From contig CAUYUJ010000092.1 in NCBI GenBank assembly GCA_963575745.1, forward strand, positions 310,001-374,000: DNA of 64,000 nucleotides, read 5' to 3'. This document shows positions 61,069-64,000 of this stretch, piece by piece. The position numbers and the translations under genes were made by a program. Numbering within the stretch: the first letter of the stretch is position 1; each line of letters starts with the position of its first letter. The notes beneath the pieces were generated by a model that saw nothing but the letters and a program-made list of their open reading frames with translations, ran no database searches and was not told where the DNA came from. The stretch comes from Prorocentrum cordatum. Taxonomy: Eukaryota.

Positions 61069-61904
61069 TGATCCACTTAGCCGGCGCAGCGTTTCACCCG
61101 CAATTTCGCGTCGTTGTTTGAGATCGTGTTCTTGCCCACGCGCCGGACGGTGCATGGCTTGTGAGTCATTGAGAGCGCAAACTTGTTAGACGAATGCGCG
61201 CGGCGCCAAGGCGAGTGTTCATGTTAAAAGGGAGCCGCCCTCCATCCTTGGGACCTGGCGCAATCGTTTGAAACGTCTGCGTTCGACTCTCAGGCGGCAG
61301 CTAAAGTTTGAACGGGTACCGCCCTGCATCCTTTTCACTGTTGCAAGGGAAGACGAGCACGGGCGGCGCCAAGGCGAAAGTTCCATGTTGAGCAGGAACG
61401 GGCCTCCATCTTTGTGATTGCTGCACATCTTCACACTTGTGGTAAAATGTTATGGAAACGTCTGAGGCGAAAGCCCCATGTGGAAAATGAGCCAGTCTCC
61501 ACCTAGGACTGTGTTGCACACATGCACATTTGTTGTGAAATGTTCCAGGGAATCTCAGGCGAAAGCCCCACTGAACAAAAACGAGTTGGCTTCCATCCTT
61601 CAAATGGCTTCATTGGTTTAAAACGAGCGCGCGCGGTGTTCAGGCGAGAGCACCATTTTGAAAAGGAACCAGATTCTACCCGAGCAGATGTTGCAACTAT
61701 CCAAGACGAGTGTGCGTGGCGTTGAAGCAGCATCCCCGTTTTGAACAGGATGTGGCCCTCCTCCCTGTGACAGTTGGGCATGGAAGGCTTCGGGACAGCA
61801 AGTTGTCATGAAGCCTCGAGCGAAAACTCAGGGCGGGCCTGCGAACACGTCTGGTGATGCAAAGGGAGGAGATACTTATCTGGAAGAGATTGGGGATGAG
61901 GAGC

Positions 61905-61941
<37 letters not shown>

Positions 61942-62489
61942 CAACAGAACAGGAGAGAGATGAGAGATGGAGAGGGGGGAGAGCGGGAGGGAGAGAGAGA
62001 GGGAGACAGAGACAGAGAGAGCGAGGAATAGTAAGAAGAAGAAGAAGGAGGAACGACGAGGTTGGAGGCAAGGAGGTTACATTTTTCCTGCTCGTGTTCG
62101 TGTTCCTCCTCCGTCCTGCCCACCCCCTCATTCTCCGACCCCACATCCTCCTCATTCCTGTGGCTTGCCGGTTGCCCCGAGGAGAAGGAGCAGCGCCGCA
62201 GGAAGCGAATGGGGAACCAAAGGGGCGTAAGGAAAGAAGGCACCGCAATGCTCTTGCTTGTTTCTCTGACCTCTCCGCTCGCCCTCCCTCCTCCCGCACC
62301 CCCCCCTCGTCGTCCTCTTCCTCCTCGGTGCTGAACTGAGCCAAGCCAAGCAGACATCCGATGCATCAGTTCACGCGTCGCCCTGCTCATAGAATGCCAG
62401 GGTTTACTCCTATCAGAGTGAGCGGGCCGAATGGTCATTCACTGTCGCGCGGATTCTGCTTGTTGTTGTTGCGTTGTTGTTGTCGTCGT

Positions 62490-62730
62490 CCCCCCCGCGA
62501 CCCGGCCCGCGATCCGCCCGCGGCCCACCCGCGGCCCACCCGCGACCCACCCGCGACCAACCCGCGACCCACCCCGCGACCTACCCGCGAACCACCCGCG
62601 ATCCTCCGCGACCCACCCCGCGACCGCCCGCGACCCGACCGCGACCCACCCGCGACCGAACCGCAACCCGGCCGGTTACCCACCCGCGACCCGCCCTCGA
62701 CCCACCCGCGACCCATCCGCCACCCACCCA
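62490..62730. repeat. CCCGCGACCCA minisatellite
   Basis: Direct reading. Confidence 0.85.
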
Positions 62731-63004
62731 CATTGCTTTAACGAGCAAATCGGCCCCTGCGGCGGGCTCGTTCGCCTCACCCCATCCACACCATTACCTC
62801 CACCTCCACATCCCTCGCCCCGACCCTTCATCACCCCATCCCACCCCAGCCCAGCCGACCCCTCCCAACTCCCCTCCCGTCATCACGCTGGACCTTAACT
62901 CACCTCATATGCTTCGTCTCCGTCCCCCCACTCGCCCTTGATCCCTGGAAAGCATGCTGGGGAGATTCTTGCGCGTGCGTCCCTCTCCTTCACTTCTCCC
63001 CCGA

Positions 63005-63133
63005 GGAAGAAAGAAAAGGAGGATCGGCGGCGGAACCTGACGACAGGCAGATCGTCCGCGGAGGAGGAAACCGTGACCGTCCGAGGCTCCGTGAACAGCG
63101 AGGGCGGGTCTCAGGACCTGATTCGGGACGAGG
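63005..63133 (+). CDS. Candidate exon of the second gene
   Basis: KKEKEDRRRNLTTGRSSAEEETVTVRGSVNSEGGSQDLIRD lies between pyrimidine and purine tracts; boundaries uncertain. Confidence 0.3.
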
Positions 63134-63192
63134 GGGAGGGGACAGGGACGAGAGAGGAGGGACAAGGGGCAGGGCGAGGATAGACGGGAACA

Positions 63193-63228
<36 letters not shown>

Positions 63229-64000
63229 TGAGGAGGGTTGGAGAAGGAGCGGGGGAAAAAGGCTGGGCAGTCGGGAGGGGGAGGGGGAAGGGAGGGGGAA
63301 ATGGACGGGGAGGAGGGGGGGGGGGGGGGGCAGGAATGGACGGGGACGGTAGCACGGAAGAGTAAATAGACAGGGGGGCGAGGAGGAGGAAAGATGAGAG
63401 GAGGAGAGGGCAGAGGGAGATGGCGAGGGGCGACGGGGCGAGTAGATGGGCGGGAAGCGGAGTGGTGTAGGGCAGGGCAGAGTAGAGTAGGGTCGGAGGG
63501 GATTCGAGGGGAGAAGGAAGGGGGAAGGTGAGAGGACGATAGTGTTTGGATGATCACATCCCCCGATAAACACAATGAGTCGCCAGGGGCATTCATAAAA
63601 GCAGACCCACCGAAACACCTGTCGGTTTCGGCTGCGATCCATTATGCATCCTGTTCCCCTTGTCCAGGTCCTTCTTGCCAAGCTTGCGCGTGCAGGGCTT
63701 GCCCAACGTAATTGTACGTAGCACCCCGCAGATGCGGATAAGAGTGAGGGGGCGGTGGGGACGTCGCCAGTCTGCGAGACTCTGGAGAAGCCCGCCGCAG
63801 GCGCCAAAGTTTCACAAATTATACAACGAGCCCGCCGCAGGCGCCGATCTTTTCTTCGAGCCAATATGGATCGTTCGCGGGTGGGTCGCGGGTATCCGAT
63901 TCGGACTACACCCATACCAAAGAGTCAATTGGCCATCAGCAAGCAGTTGTGCCCATGCGCGGGGCTGGACACGAAGCTGAACACCTCGGCTATCGAATGC

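Noticed and set aside
60285..61189. Poly-Glu/Arg/Ser/Pro ORFs
   Set aside because: (CCT)n microsatellite; only the 60479-60569 island looks coding

Overview
Repeat-rich, GC-rich eukaryotic DNA. The GC/GA intron donors and the alpha-tubulin tail sequence suggest a dinoflagellate; this is inference, not a search result. Most ORFs in the supplied track are artefacts of microsatellites and tandem arrays. Real coding content: (i) a multi-exon + strand gene (~24.1-52.0 kb) for a 6TM voltage-gated-type K+ channel (TTVGYGD) with two C-terminal EF-hands; (ii) scattered candidate exons of a second + strand gene (~54.9-63.1 kb); (iii) a frameshifted Penelope/TERT-like reverse transcriptase element (~4.8-8.4 kb). 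That element has no visible endonuclease and instead continues into a 392-aa Gly-rich/coiled-coil ORF, an in-frame hydrophobic extension behind one TGA, a predicted pseudoknotted 3' RNA and (GT)n tracts; (iv) relics of Ty1/copia, CRE-like and RTE-like retroelements; (v) an alpha-tubulin C-terminal fragment; (vi) an intronless 186-aa ORF heading a repeat cassette. Non-coding structure includes several MITEs with clear TIRs/TSDs and four composite units of array, purine tract and terminal hairpin that resemble non-autonomous Helitron/Helentron elements. No rRNA, tRNA or CRISPR array was found. The RT element is the best candidate for an undescribed system.
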